Source: Pseudomonadota bacterium (GTDB lineage Bacteria > Myxococcota_A > Polyangia > Palsa-1104 > JAEUJZ01). From it: a stretch of DNA of 64,000 nucleotides. Both the position numbers and the translations under genes were made by a program. The notes beneath the pieces are model-generated. The model searched no databases. It was not told the DNA's origin and saw only the letters and a program-made list of their open reading frames with translations. The stretch is from NCBI GenBank assembly GCA_035340095.1, contig DAORGN010000002.1, forward strand, positions 1,160-65,159, given 5' to 3'. This document shows positions 54,738 through 64,000 of the stretch, piece after piece. Positions within the stretch are counted from its first letter, which is position 1, and every line of letters begins with the position of its first letter.

Positions 54738-57700
54738 ATGGCAAGTAAGTGGGTTGGATCGCGAATCTTCTTGGGGGCTGTTTGTAGTGTGCTGGGCGCC
54801 TGCGGGATGCCGAGCGCAGAAAGTCCGACGGAGCCGCTTGTGCAACCGCAGAAGCCGATCGCCGTTTCGGTTCGCCCGCTTCACAACAAGCAGGGGGCAC
54901 CGTCTTTGTCATCGGTCGCGACGGCCACGAAAGTGGTTTCCGATTCGCCCGAGCAAGTGGCTTGGGCGACGCTGCGCGGTATCAAGGACGGTCACAAGCT
55001 GTCCGGAGAAGCGGTCGAGAGTGCCAAGCTTCGCGAGGTGCACGACGCTGGCAACGGGCCGCTGATTGCGCGGTTTGAGCAAGAGGTAGACGGCCTGCCG
55101 GTGTTTTTGCAGAGCATGAACATCGCCATGGATCGCAACATGCAGCCGACGATGGCCAGTGGTCGGCTGGCGACCAAGCTGCGCAAGGTTGCCGAGCGCT
55201 TCCAGCTCGATGAGTCGGTCGCGGTGGAGTCGGCGCTGCGTGCGATGTCGGGCGAGCGCGGCTCGGCGGTATCGATGGGGGCGGCGCAGGCGGCACCTGG
55301 TGGCTATCAGAATCGCCAGTTTGTCGCACAGCTGTCCGGATCGGGGGCCCAGGCGTCGGTCAGCTCGCGCAGTCGGAAAATCTACTTCCCGACCGACAAG
55401 GGGCTTGTGCCTTCGTACTACGTCGAGCTGGATGTCGCGCCGCTCGATTCGACCAGCAGCACGATGCGGGCGTTTGTCGTTTCATCTATCGACGGCAAGG
55501 TCCTGTTTGAAAAGAGCCTGACGGAAGACGTCGCGTACAGCTATCGCGTATATTCCGACGGTGCACCGGGTTACGTGCCGTGGGATGGCGCGCAGGGCAA
55601 CGACTACACCCCGTATCCCAAGGCTGCGCCGGACGGCAGTGCTCCGGCGCTCGGGGTAAGTTCGCTCGTCACGCTCGAAAATGTGCCGTTCCGCCGCAAC
55701 GATCCGTGGCTGCCACCGGGCGCTACGGAGCTGTCGGGCAACAATGGCTGGGCCTACGTGGATCAAATCGCCCCCGACGGTTATTCCGCAGGGGACTTGC
55801 TGGTCACACCGACAAGCGCTGGATCGTTTGACCGCACGTTTGACCTGAGCACGACGGCGCCGTCCGCCAACGACACCGCCAAGCGCACCGTCGCGACCAA
55901 CTTCTTTTATATCGTCAACTACCTGCACGACGTGACCTATGACGCCGGCTGGACCGAAGCGGCGGCCAATCCGCAGAAGTCGAACTTTGGCCGTGGCGGC
56001 GTCGAAGGCGACATGATCCGGCTTGAAGCGCAGGACAACAGCGGTCGCAACAACGCCAATGCCAGCACGCCTGCCGACGGTGGTATGCCGCGCATCCAGA
56101 TGTATCTGTGGGATGCTTCCTCGACATCGCTGACGGTGACTGCGCCGGCTGGCGTCGCGGGTACGTATCAGAGCGGCGGCGCTTCGTTTGGGGCCAAGAG
56201 CTACAACATCACCAATTCGGTGATTCCTGCGACGGATGCGCCCGGCCCTGCTGGTTCCACGACGGATGGATGTGATGCCATCACCAATCCGGCAGCGATT
56301 GCCGGCAAGATCGCACTTGTCGACCGTGGCAACTGCAACTTCAGCGTCAAGGCGGTCAATGTCCAAAACGCTGGCGCGGTGGGTCTCCTTATCGCGAACA
56401 CCATGGCCGGAGCGACGGCGTTTGGCCCTGGCGGGACTGACCCGACGGTAACCATTGGCGTCCAAGGCATAAGCTACGCCGACGGCGTGAAGCTGCGGAC
56501 GGCGGCGATGTCCGGCACGGTCACGGCCAAGATGACGGCAAGCTACAACGAGCGCGACAGCTCGCTCGATGGCTCGATCGTCTCGCACGAGTGGGGCCAC
56601 ATCCTGTCGAACCGCCTGATTGGCAACGGATCGGGACTTGGCAACAACCAGGGCCGTAGCATGGGCGAAGGCTGGTCCGACTTTAACGCGATGCTGATGA
56701 CCGTTCGTCCCGAAGACGCGGCGGTCGCGAGCAACAACAACTGGTCTGGCACGTATTCGACGGGCGCGCCATCGGTGTTTTCGCCGGGGAACAATGCTTT
56801 CTATGAAGGCATTCGTCGCTATCCGTACTCGACGGAAAAGACCAAGAACCCGCTGACGTTTAAGCACATTCAGGAAGGCGTGGCGCTGCCGGCCACCCCG
56901 GTTCCAACCTTTGGTGCAAGCGGCGTCGGCAATTCCGAAGTTCACAGCTCGGGCGAAGTTTGGGCAAATGCGCTGTGGGAATGCTACGCAGCGCTGCTTC
57001 GCGACAACACGCGGCTTTCGTTTTCGCAGGCCCAAGAGCGGATGCGCCGCTACCTTGTTGCGTCGCTGAAGCTGACGCCGAACAACCCGACGTTTACCGA
57101 AGCCCGCGATGCGATGTTGTTCGCAGCGTTTTCGAGCGACCGCAAGGACTACGATCTGTTCGTCGATGCCTTTGCCAAGCGTGGCATGGGTTCGGGCGCA
57201 GTTTCGCCTGACTCTGCATCGACCGACCACGCAGGGGTTGTCGAAAGCTTCGCCACCGGCGCCGCGCTGTACATTGACAAAGACTCGCTTGCGGTCGACC
57301 AGTCGCTTATGGCGTGCGATACCGACGGCGTGCTCGACAACGGTGAGTCGGGCTACCTGAGCTTCCGCATCTACAACACCGGCAGCAAAGACGTGCAAAA
57401 CGGCACCGTCACGATCACGACGCCGACGGGTAGCTCGGTGACTGTCAATGGCCAGCCGACGGCCACGCTGAGCCTGCCGCCGATTCCGCCGTTTTCGTCG
57501 AATCTGGTCCAGGTCAAAGTCGCGATGGCCGGGGCGCAGAGCATCGTCCCGGTGCAGTTTGACATCGAGGCCAAAGCCGACAATCTGGTGGGTCCGTCGC
57601 CGATCACCGCGTCGTATATGGACATCGGCAACTACGACATGAAGGCGGCCTCATCGACGGTGGAAAAGTTCGCCGGTCGTCCGACGCTGTGGAAAGTAAG

Positions 57701-58673
57701 CAACGATGCAAACCTTGACACGTCGGAAGCATGGACGCCGGTGATAAACGCAAACGCTGGCTACATGCACGGACCGGATACCGGCGTGCCGGCGGATCAT
57801 TATTTGGTGTCGCCAACGATAGATGTCGGCACTGGCAACTTTACGCTGTCGCTCAAGCATCGCTACAGCTTCGAGACCGACACGACCGTCACGCCGCCCG
57901 ATTACTACGACGGCGCTGTCGTCGAGTACAGCCTTGATGGCAAGACCTGGACGGACGCAAAGGATGTGCCGGGTGTCATCGTGATGGGCGGTTACACCGG
58001 AACGCTTGCGACGTATACCGGAAACCTCAATCCGCTCACCAATCGCAGTGCTTTTGCGGGGGCGACCGCAGGGTATGCCACTGGCGCGTGGGTCACGAGC
58101 AGCTTCAATTTCGGAACGGCGCTGGCTGGCAAGAAGTTGACTCTGCGCTTCCGCATCGGCAGTGACAACGCTTCGGGTGACGAAGGCTGGGACATCGACG
58201 AAGTGGCGGTGACGGGAGCCAATGCGCCGCCGTTCCAAAGCCAAGTCCTGCAGAGCGCTGCGGCGGTCTGCAAGGCCAAGCCGGTGTTTTCCATCACGCA
58301 AGCTGACCTAAAGAGCATCCCGACCGGCTTCCAAGTCCGGCTCGACCCGACGATCGCCAACGCGCCGGGCGCAATCAGTTGGACCTGGACGCAGCTCGAT
58401 GGCACCCCGGTGCAGCTCGGAAACTCGGATACGCCGAATGTGACGTTTACCGCGCCAGATTCGGGGACGGTGATTCGCCTCAAGTGGGCGGCGGTTTCGG
58501 CGGGCGTGACGCTTGAAGGCACGGTCGCCATCGAGGTCGTCAAAGCCGGTGATTCTTCATCGGGCACCGCTGCGACGGGCTGCCAGATGGGTGGTCAAGC
58601 TGCGCCTTCGCTGTGGTCTGGACTGGTCGCGTCGGCGCTTCTTCTGCTCGGTCGCCGTCGTCGCAAGAGCTAA
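54738..58673 (+). CDS. secreted zinc metallopeptidase (M36/M4 thermolysin-clan-like) with PA domain and MYXO-CTERM-like sorting tail
   Basis: 1311 aa with a signal peptide. An FTP-like propeptide region is present. The PA-domain block is GKIALVDRGNCNFSVKAVNVQNAGAVGLLIAN. The zinc site is HEWGH. The C-terminus ...GCQMGGQAAPSLWSGLVASALLLLGRRRRKS has Cys, then a hydrophobic helix, then an Arg cluster. Confidence 0.65.
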   Translation: MASKWVGSRIFLGAVCSVLGACGMPSAESPTEPLVQPQKPIAVSVRPLHNKQGAPSLSSVATATKVVSDSPEQVAWATLRGIKDGHKLSGEAVESAKLREVHDAGNGPLIARFEQEVDGLPVFLQSMNIAMDRNMQPTMASGRLATKLRKVAERFQLDESVAVESALRAMSGERGSAVSMGAAQAAPGGYQNRQFVAQLSGSGAQASVSSRSRKIYFPTDKGLVPSYYVELDVAPLDSTSSTMRAFVVSSIDGKVLFEKSLTEDVAYSYRVYSDGAPGYVPWDGAQGNDYTPYPKAAPDGSAPALGVSSLVTLENVPFRRNDPWLPPGATELSGNNGWAYVDQIAPDGYSAGDLLVTPTSAGSFDRTFDLSTTAPSANDTAKRTVATNFFYIVNYLHDVTYDAGWTEAAANPQKSNFGRGGVEGDMIRLEAQDNSGRNNANASTPADGGMPRIQMYLWDASSTSLTVTAPAGVAGTYQSGGASFGAKSYNITNSVIPATDAPGPAGSTTDGCDAITNPAAIAGKIALVDRGNCNFSVKAVNVQNAGAVGLLIANTMAGATAFGPGGTDPTVTIGVQGISYADGVKLRTAAMSGTVTAKMTASYNERDSSLDGSIVSHEWGHILSNRLIGNGSGLGNNQGRSMGEGWSDFNAMLMTVRPEDAAVASNNNWSGTYSTGAPSVFSPGNNAFYEGIRRYPYSTEKTKNPLTFKHIQEGVALPATPVPTFGASGVGNSEVHSSGEVWANALWECYAALLRDNTRLSFSQAQERMRRYLVASLKLTPNNPTFTEARDAMLFAAFSSDRKDYDLFVDAFAKRGMGSGAVSPDSASTDHAGVVESFATGAALYIDKDSLAVDQSLMACDTDGVLDNGESGYLSFRIYNTGSKDVQNGTVTITTPTGSSVTVNGQPTATLSLPPIPPFSSNLVQVKVAMAGAQSIVPVQFDIEAKADNLVGPSPITASYMDIGNYDMKAASSTVEKFAGRPTLWKVSNDANLDTSEAWTPVINANAGYMHGPDTGVPADHYLVSPTIDVGTGNFTLSLKHRYSFETDTTVTPPDYYDGAVVEYSLDGKTWTDAKDVPGVIVMGGYTGTLATYTGNLNPLTNRSAFAGATAGYATGAWVTSSFNFGTALAGKKLTLRFRIGSDNASGDEGWDIDEVAVTGANAPPFQSQVLQSAAAVCKAKPVFSITQADLKSIPTGFQVRLDPTIANAPGAISWTWTQLDGTPVQLGNSDTPNVTFTAPDSGTVIRLKWAAVSAGVTLEGTVAIEVVKAGDSSSGTAATGCQMGGQAAPSLWSGLVASALLLLGRRRRKS

Positions 58674-58700
58674 TCCCGCCCCTTCTCTGCGGCGGCCTCG

Positions 58701-59087
58701 TTATTCGACGACGATGGCGCCGCGGAGCATGTTCATTCCGCACGTAAACGTCACCTCGCCCTTCTCTTGTGGAAGATGAAGGGCGATTTCCGTCGGTTTT
58801 TCCTCCGTCAGCGTCTTTTTGATGTTCTGCGAAGGCAACACCACTTCACGCCCGCACTCGCCAGCGCTTTTGTCGTAGCGGAAGCTCAGCGTCAGATCCT
58901 CACCGGGGCGTCCCATGATGCGCGGCGGCGTAAATCCTTGGTTGCTCACCGTCACTTCGATGCGGCGCGGTCCACCGCTTGCGGGTGGTGGTGGCTCTGA
59001 TTTGCGGCATCCACCGCCGAAAATGCCTGTCGTTAGCAACGTCACAAGCAGCGCTGCCTGTTGCACGCTTCGCACAAGGGTCTTCAT
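58701..59087 (-). CDS. cupredoxin-like lipoprotein (putative metal-binding)
   Basis: Start taken at MKTLV. Lipobox FGGGC. The beta-sandwich-like domain ends ...EVTFTCGMNMLRGAIVVE, a Cys/Met cluster as in cupredoxin-type sites. Confidence 0.45.
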   Translation of the reverse strand: MKTLVRSVQQAALLVTLLTTGIFGGGCRKSEPPPPASGGPRRIEVTVSNQGFTPPRIMGRPGEDLTLSFRYDKSAGECGREVVLPSQNIKKTLTEEKPTEIALHLPQEKGEVTFTCGMNMLRGAIVVE

Positions 59088-59266
59088 AACCACCCACTTT
59101 AGTCAGAAGCCGGCCAATCCCAAATTTTCCACCCAGACGGGCCGGACACAGGCTCGCAGTTGCACTTGCAAAATCGCGCGGCGGCGGGGTAACACTGCCT
59201 GCTTCATCGCTTGGACGCTCGCTCGTCGGCGATGGCTTAGCGAAAAGCTTAGAAGGAGAACCCAAC

Positions 59267-59728
59267 GTGACCTTGCAAACCCTGCCCGACATCCTGACCG
59301 AAGCCAGCCGCCGCAAGTCCGTGATCGCTGACTGTGTGCTGCTCATCGAGGAAGAAGTGGCCAAAAAGGGCGGCCTTACGGGAATCGCCATCAAGGGGGC
59401 GTTCGCCATCGTCAAAGCTGTCAAGCCGGGCTTCTTGGCCGAAGCGGTGGATCACATGCTCGACGACTTCGCGGCGCGGCTCGATCCGTTTTATCAGTCA
59501 CAAAAGCAAGCCGCGGGACGTTCCCTGCCGAGTCACTTTGCCGAAAACAGCGGACCGATTGCCGAAGCGCTGCTTGGCATCACCGATCAGCGGGCGCAGC
59601 GGGCGCAAAACCAGACGCTCAAGAAGACGTATGAAAAGCTGCGTCCGACGGCAAAGAAACACGTAGAAGAAGCAGTCCCCGGCATTGGCCGTCTGGTCGA
59701 AAAATACGCTGCCAAGGTGGCCGCCTGA
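59267..59728 (+). CDS. hypothetical protein
   Basis: 153 aa, alpha-helical and Lys/Ala-rich. No family recognised. Confidence 0.4.
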   Translation: MTLQTLPDILTEASRRKSVIADCVLLIEEEVAKKGGLTGIAIKGAFAIVKAVKPGFLAEAVDHMLDDFAARLDPFYQSQKQAAGRSLPSHFAENSGPIAEALLGITDQRAQRAQNQTLKKTYEKLRPTAKKHVEEAVPGIGRLVEKYAAKVAA

Positions 59729-59883
59729 GTCTTCTCGCAAAGCTTCGCCATCTGGCGAGTCGCCTGGCCTTTACGCTTGGGGCTCGCTTCTATGCATGGC
59801 AGACCTGGCACGAGGTCTGGCGTCAGCACTGCGGCAGTCTGGCAGCCCACTTTCCTCCGCCACTTCCATCGGGACGGCTCTCT

Positions 59884-60456
59884 GTGCTCGACCTGGGGAT
59901 TGGTCCGGGGGTTTCGGGCATTGGCATCTTGCAGCGGCGTCCGGATTTGTGGCTTGTCGGGCTCGACTTTTCGGCGGACATGCTCGACCTGGCGCGGCAC
60001 TACCTGCGGATTTCAAACCATGGATTTCCGCTGGTCCATGGCGATGTCACGCACCTGCCGTTTGCTGACGAGTGCTTCGATGTCATCACCCATCACAGCT
60101 TCCTGTACCTGTTGGGCAACCGCGACGCTGGGCTAAAAGAAATGGCCCGCGTGCTAAAGCCCGGCGGCTGCTACGTGATGCTGGAACCGAATCGGCGCGG
60201 CAGCGTGCTAGCGGTACCCAAGTTAGGTGGGCCGTTCCGCTTTCGGCTGTCGATGCTGTTGTGGCGGATTGTTTCGACGGGCTTTGGCCAGTTTTTGCGC
60301 GAAGAACTTGCCGCGCTGCTCGAAACGCACGGCTTTGTCTGTGAACGTTTCGAAGACACCTTGGGCGGCATGGGCTTCATCGTCGTGGCGAAAAAGCCGC
60401 TGTCTTCTGCGCCGCCTTCCTCTTTCCCCAAACCAACCGATTTGCAAGGAGCCTAA
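59884..60456 (+). CDS. class I SAM-dependent methyltransferase (Methyltransf_11-like)
   Basis: GTG start. Motif I is VLDLGIGPG. DFSADML, LPFADECFDVI and LKPGG blocks are present. Its stop TAA is followed by G and then the hemB ATG. Confidence 0.6.
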   Translation: MLDLGIGPGVSGIGILQRRPDLWLVGLDFSADMLDLARHYLRISNHGFPLVHGDVTHLPFADECFDVITHHSFLYLLGNRDAGLKEMARVLKPGGCYVMLEPNRRGSVLAVPKLGGPFRFRLSMLLWRIVSTGFGQFLREELAALLETHGFVCERFEDTLGGMGFIVVAKKPLSSAPPSSFPKPTDLQGA

Positions 60457-60457
60457 G

Positions 60458-61453
60458 ATGCAGTTTCCTGAATACCGACCGCGCAGGATGCGCCGAAGCG
60501 ATGGCCTGCGCCGCATGATTCGCGAAACCCGTCTGTCGGTCGACAACCTCGTGTATCCGATCTTTGTCTGTCCTGGTCGGGATACCCGTCGTCCGATTTC
60601 GTCCATGCCGGGACAAGCGCAGGTGTCGGTCGACCAGGCCGTCATCGAAGCAAAAGAGTGCTTCGATCTCGGAATTCCGTCCGTGATCCTGTTTGGCGTT
60701 CCCGACGATGCCAAAAAAGATCGCGTCGGCAGTGATGCCTGGAACGGTGACGGACTGGTCCAGCAGGCGTGTCGTGCGATAAAGCGTGCTTGCCCCGAAC
60801 TGGTCGTCATCCTTGATTCGTGCTTTGACGAGTACACGACCCACGGGCACTGCGGCGTCGTGATGCCTGAAGCGGGCTGGCCGGATGTCGACAATGACGC
60901 GACGCTCGAAAACCTCGGGCGGGTGGTGGTGTCTCAGGCCAAGGCCGGCGCTGACATGGTGGCGCCGTCGGGCATGATGGATGGCTTTGTGACTGCCAGT
61001 CGTGAAGCGCTCGACGAAGCGGGCTACTCACACGTTGGCATCATGGCCTATTCCGCCAAGTACGCGAGCTGCTTTTATGGCCCGTTCCGTCAGGCCGCCG
61101 GCACTGCCAGTGGCTTTGGGCACCGCAAGAGCTACCAGATGGACCCGGCAAACAGCAACGAAGCGATTCGCGAAGCGGGTCTTGATGAAGGCGAAGGCGC
61201 CGACGTGCTGATGGTCAAGCCGGCGCTTGCGTACCTGGATGTAATTGCAAAGCTCAAAGCGGAATACGACCTGCCGATTGCCGCCTACAACGTCTCGGGT
61301 GAATACGCGATGCTGAAGGCTGCCGTGGAAAAGGGTCTGCTCGGCGAGGAGCAAGCCGTCCTTGAAGTGCTGACTTCGATAAAGCGTGCCGGCGCTGACA
61401 TCATCTTGTCCTATCACGCCAAAGACGCCGCCCGCTGGCTCGCCAAAAAGTAG
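60458..61453 (+). CDS. hemB: porphobilinogen synthase (delta-aminolevulinic acid dehydratase)
   Basis: MQFPEYRPRRMRR...LVYPIFV is the HemB N-terminus. Active-site Lys blocks are present. A GGAG ribosome-binding site lies 7 nt before the ATG at 60458. The ORF-track start at 60227 is an out-of-context extension. Confidence 0.9.
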   Translation: MQFPEYRPRRMRRSDGLRRMIRETRLSVDNLVYPIFVCPGRDTRRPISSMPGQAQVSVDQAVIEAKECFDLGIPSVILFGVPDDAKKDRVGSDAWNGDGLVQQACRAIKRACPELVVILDSCFDEYTTHGHCGVVMPEAGWPDVDNDATLENLGRVVVSQAKAGADMVAPSGMMDGFVTASREALDEAGYSHVGIMAYSAKYASCFYGPFRQAAGTASGFGHRKSYQMDPANSNEAIREAGLDEGEGADVLMVKPALAYLDVIAKLKAEYDLPIAAYNVSGEYAMLKAAVEKGLLGEEQAVLEVLTSIKRAGADIILSYHAKDAARWLAKK

Positions 61454-61539
61454 CGCTTGCGCTTAAACCCGATCCACTGCGCCGGCAAAACCGCTACGAT
61501 CACAAACCACACGATGCTTGGTGACTCTCGGGAGGACGT

Positions 61540-62559
61540 ATGAAGACTCGGACGTATCGTTGGCTGCGCGGGCTTACGGCGGCAGCGCTTTTGTGGGGTG
61601 GTTCCGGCTGTCTGAAGCTGACGCTTTACAATGCGTCGGTGATGAAGCCAAGCCAGGTCGCCGTCTACTTTTCGGTGACGGACTCGGGCGGCAATCCGGT
61701 CGCCAATTTGACCGCCGACAAGTTCCGCATCTACGAAGACAACGGCCTGGTGTCGGTCTACGAATCAAAGCAGACGATCCTAAACCCCGAAGTCGCTGCG
61801 GTTCACTACACCCTGCTGCTCGTCGACCTTTCGGGTTCTATCACCCAGTCCGGCGCGATGGAACAGCTCAAGCCGGCGGTGCAGAGCTTTGCCGATCGTG
61901 TCGGTAGCCTGCAAAAAGTTGCCATCTACGGCTTCGACGGCAGCAAGGAAATCTTCCCGATCATCGGCTTTACCGATGGTGAAGGCGGTGTCCGTGCCGC
62001 GGCAGAGCGTCTGGCTTCGTTCAAGGGCCGCGATCCATCGACCAACCTAAACGGCGCCGTCATCGAAGGGCTCAAGGTACTCGACAAGAGCCTCGAACAT
62101 GCCTCGACGCCGCTGAAGTTTGGATCGCTTGTGGTGTTTACCGATGGCACCGACCGCGCAAAACGTGTGCTGCGGCCCGATCTGGACAAGTCGCTCGACG
62201 AAGCACAGCAGAAAGACACCGCGCTGTACGTCATCGGCGTTGGCAAAGAAATCGACAGTGGCGAGCTACGGAACATCGGTCGCACCGCATCGTTTCTGAG
62301 CACCGATCCTGCCGCGCTTGCCAAAGCGTTTGACTCGATCGCGAGCCGCGTCGAAGCCTACACCAAGAGCTTTTACCTTCTGTCGTACTGCTCACCGGCC
62401 CGCGCGCAAGAACACGACCTGAAAGTCGAATCGGGCGGCGGCCTTTCCAAAGGCAGCTTGAGCTACCACTTCGACGCCGCCGGCTTCGGCCCCAACTGCG
62501 ACTCGAACCGCATGCCGAAGTTTGACATCCACCGCCCCATCCTCAAGTCCAAAAAGTAA
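61540..62559 (+). CDS. von Willebrand factor type A (VWA) domain lipoprotein
   Basis: Signal peptide with lipobox GGSGC. The MIDAS motif is LLVDLSGSI. Downstream T and D residues are present. Confidence 0.65.
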   Translation: MKTRTYRWLRGLTAAALLWGGSGCLKLTLYNASVMKPSQVAVYFSVTDSGGNPVANLTADKFRIYEDNGLVSVYESKQTILNPEVAAVHYTLLLVDLSGSITQSGAMEQLKPAVQSFADRVGSLQKVAIYGFDGSKEIFPIIGFTDGEGGVRAAAERLASFKGRDPSTNLNGAVIEGLKVLDKSLEHASTPLKFGSLVVFTDGTDRAKRVLRPDLDKSLDEAQQKDTALYVIGVGKEIDSGELRNIGRTASFLSTDPAALAKAFDSIASRVEAYTKSFYLLSYCSPARAQEHDLKVESGGGLSKGSLSYHFDAAGFGPNCDSNRMPKFDIHRPILKSKK

Positions 62560-62776
62560 CAACAGACCGGGCAGCGGCTGCTCTTCCTTTGCGTCGTTCT
62601 CTGCGACGCGCAAGCCCGCTGTGCCGAATCTACGTTGTTACTTTTTCTTCCCATTTCTGACATAAGCTGGCTCATCCGTTTGATTTTTTACCGATCGGAA
62701 CTTCTGCGCCGCGTTCGTTTTGTCGCACCGATCGAACTGAGTCCGCTTTCCCAACCAAAACCCGAGGAGAAATACG

Positions 62777-64000
62777 ATGAAGATGACACTTGGCACATCG
62801 CTTGGACTTGTGGCGGTAGCCTTCGCAGCGGCTTGTGGTGAGCCCGAGCCGAGCGACAGCTTGGACCCGGTGCTAAAAGGTGAGATCGAAGACGCGCTGG
62901 CCCGCTTTGATGCGGACCCGCGTTCGTTTATGAATGCGCTGCCGCAAAAAGTGGGCGCACCAAGTCCGGCGTTCTCTCCATCGGTGGTAAAGAGCCTGGA
63001 CTACATCTCGGCGAAGAATGCGCGGCGTCAAGACGGACCCGCCGATGCACCGGGCTCCAATGATCAGGCCAAAAACCTGGTCGACAACTTGCAACTGACA
63101 AACCTTGCCGACATGCACAGCATCCGTTCGGCATCGCTTCCCGAGTCGGCCTGGTCGAGCGACTACTGGGCGATTTACGCCGGTGTGATCGCGAAGCGTT
63201 ACACCGACCCGAACTTTCCATCGAGCGAAGACTGGAAAGTCCTGACCGACTACGTGAGAAGCAAGCAGCCGTCGAATCCCGACGATCTGTCGCCCGCGGA
63301 AAAGTACGACTTGCTGGTGGGTGACACGAGCAAGACGATGACCAAGCACAACCTGGACGAAGGCCAGTACTACTACTCAAGCTATGGCAAGGTCGAAACC
63401 TGGATGGGCATTTGCCATGGCTGGGCACCGGCGTCGTTTATGATCCAGCGCCCGACCAAGGCGATCGAAGTCCTGGCGGCTGACGGCAAGACCAAGATCA
63501 AGTTCTATCCGTCCGATGTCAAAGCACTGGCGAGCCTTCTGTGGGCCAACGCCAGCCCCACGACCAAGTTCATCGGCGGTCGCTGCAATGTCAAAAACCC
63601 GGCGACCGATGCAAATGGCCGCATCAAGGATCAGGCCTGCCGCGACACCAACGCCGGCACCTGGCACTTGGCGGTCGTAAACCAGATTGGCAAGTCGCAG
63701 CGCTCGATGGTCATCGACGCCACCTACGACTACGAAGTCTGGAACCAGCCGATGTATAGCTATTCCTACTCGTACTTTAATCCGCAGACCAACAAGGCGT
63801 ACTCGACGCTAAGCTACGCCAAGGTCGCGGTGGCCGATTACACCACCGACAAGTTCAAGTCCTATCGCGCGCCTGGCACGACGCACATTGTCGGTGTGTC
63901 GATGGATGTTCGCTGGACCGTCGAAACGTATCCGTCGCACTCGACGACTGACAGCGCGTCACGCGATGCGATCTCGGGCGCCCGCTACCTGTACACGCTA
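62777..64000 (+). CDS. lipoprotein, putative papain-like cysteine peptidase-like (partial, runs off window end)
   Basis: A GGAG ribosome-binding site is followed by ATG at 62777. Lipobox AAACG. The conserved-looking block is WMGICHGWAPASF, which resembles the CxxCWAF catalytic context of clan CA peptidases. The ORF is open to the last base. Confidence 0.4.
   Translation, partial: MKMTLGTSLGLVAVAFAAACGEPEPSDSLDPVLKGEIEDALARFDADPRSFMNALPQKVGAPSPAFSPSVVKSLDYISAKNARRQDGPADAPGSNDQAKNLVDNLQLTNLADMHSIRSASLPESAWSSDYWAIYAGVIAKRYTDPNFPSSEDWKVLTDYVRSKQPSNPDDLSPAEKYDLLVGDTSKTMTKHNLDEGQYYYSSYGKVETWMGICHGWAPASFMIQRPTKAIEVLAADGKTKIKFYPSDVKALASLLWANASPTTKFIGGRCNVKNPATDANGRIKDQACRDTNAGTWHLAVVNQIGKSQRSMVIDATYDYEVWNQPMYSYSYSYFNPQTNKAYSTLSYAKVAVADYTTDKFKSYRAPGTTHIVGVSMDVRWTVETYPSHSTTDSASRDAISGARYLYTL

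Noticed and set aside
62560-62776. Hairpin GCGTCG-ttctctg-CGACGC after the VWA gene, as a terminator
   Set aside because: The stem is short and not followed by a T-run. It is treated as non-specific GC-rich secondary structure.
1-64000. CRISPR arrays, rRNA genes, IS elements, retron or toxin-antitoxin modules
   Set aside because: No regularly spaced direct repeats, no rRNA-like conserved stretches, and no transposase, reverse transcriptase or small paired ORFs with typical TA features were seen. The only repeats found are intragenic low-complexity tracts and short operator-like dyads.

Overview
This is a 64 kb, very GC-rich bacterial chromosomal window. Several families point to Myxococcota: an MglA-family GTPase, many eukaryotic-like Ser/Thr kinases (STKs) with zinc ribbons, a MYXO-CTERM-type C-terminal sorting tail, and FrzS-like and AgmX/PglI-like proteins. 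About 55 protein genes and one tRNA-Ile(GAT) are supported. Housekeeping genes are glgA, yggS, cyaY, pheS, pheT, rplT, dusB, rfbA, hemB, mvaS and preT-preA. Accessory or regulatory content includes three STKs, a histidine kinase/response regulator pair, a MerR-like regulator with a perfect upstream palindrome, a sigma-70 region-4-only protein, a tandem pseudo-receiver protein with a coiled-coil tail, and a zinc-ribbon protein with a TonB-C-like domain. It also includes two tandem paralogous lipoproteins with two CXXCH motifs each, an orphan XdhC/MocA pair, and a DUF4175-like low-complexity membrane protein beside a propeller-repeat lipoprotein. Other notable genes are a boxC-boxB-like pair without boxA, a large secreted metallopeptidase, and a dusB gene followed by a degenerate NtrC/Fis-like protein. 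No CRISPR array, integrase, transposase or rRNA was seen. The regions most worth a second look are the 18.4-27.9 kb signalling cluster beside the tRNA, the MglA paralog with a long C-terminal extension next to the CXXCH lipoproteins, and the boxC/boxB pair with its structured intergenic region. Every call rests on reading the translated ORFs and DNA by eye. No database searches were run.
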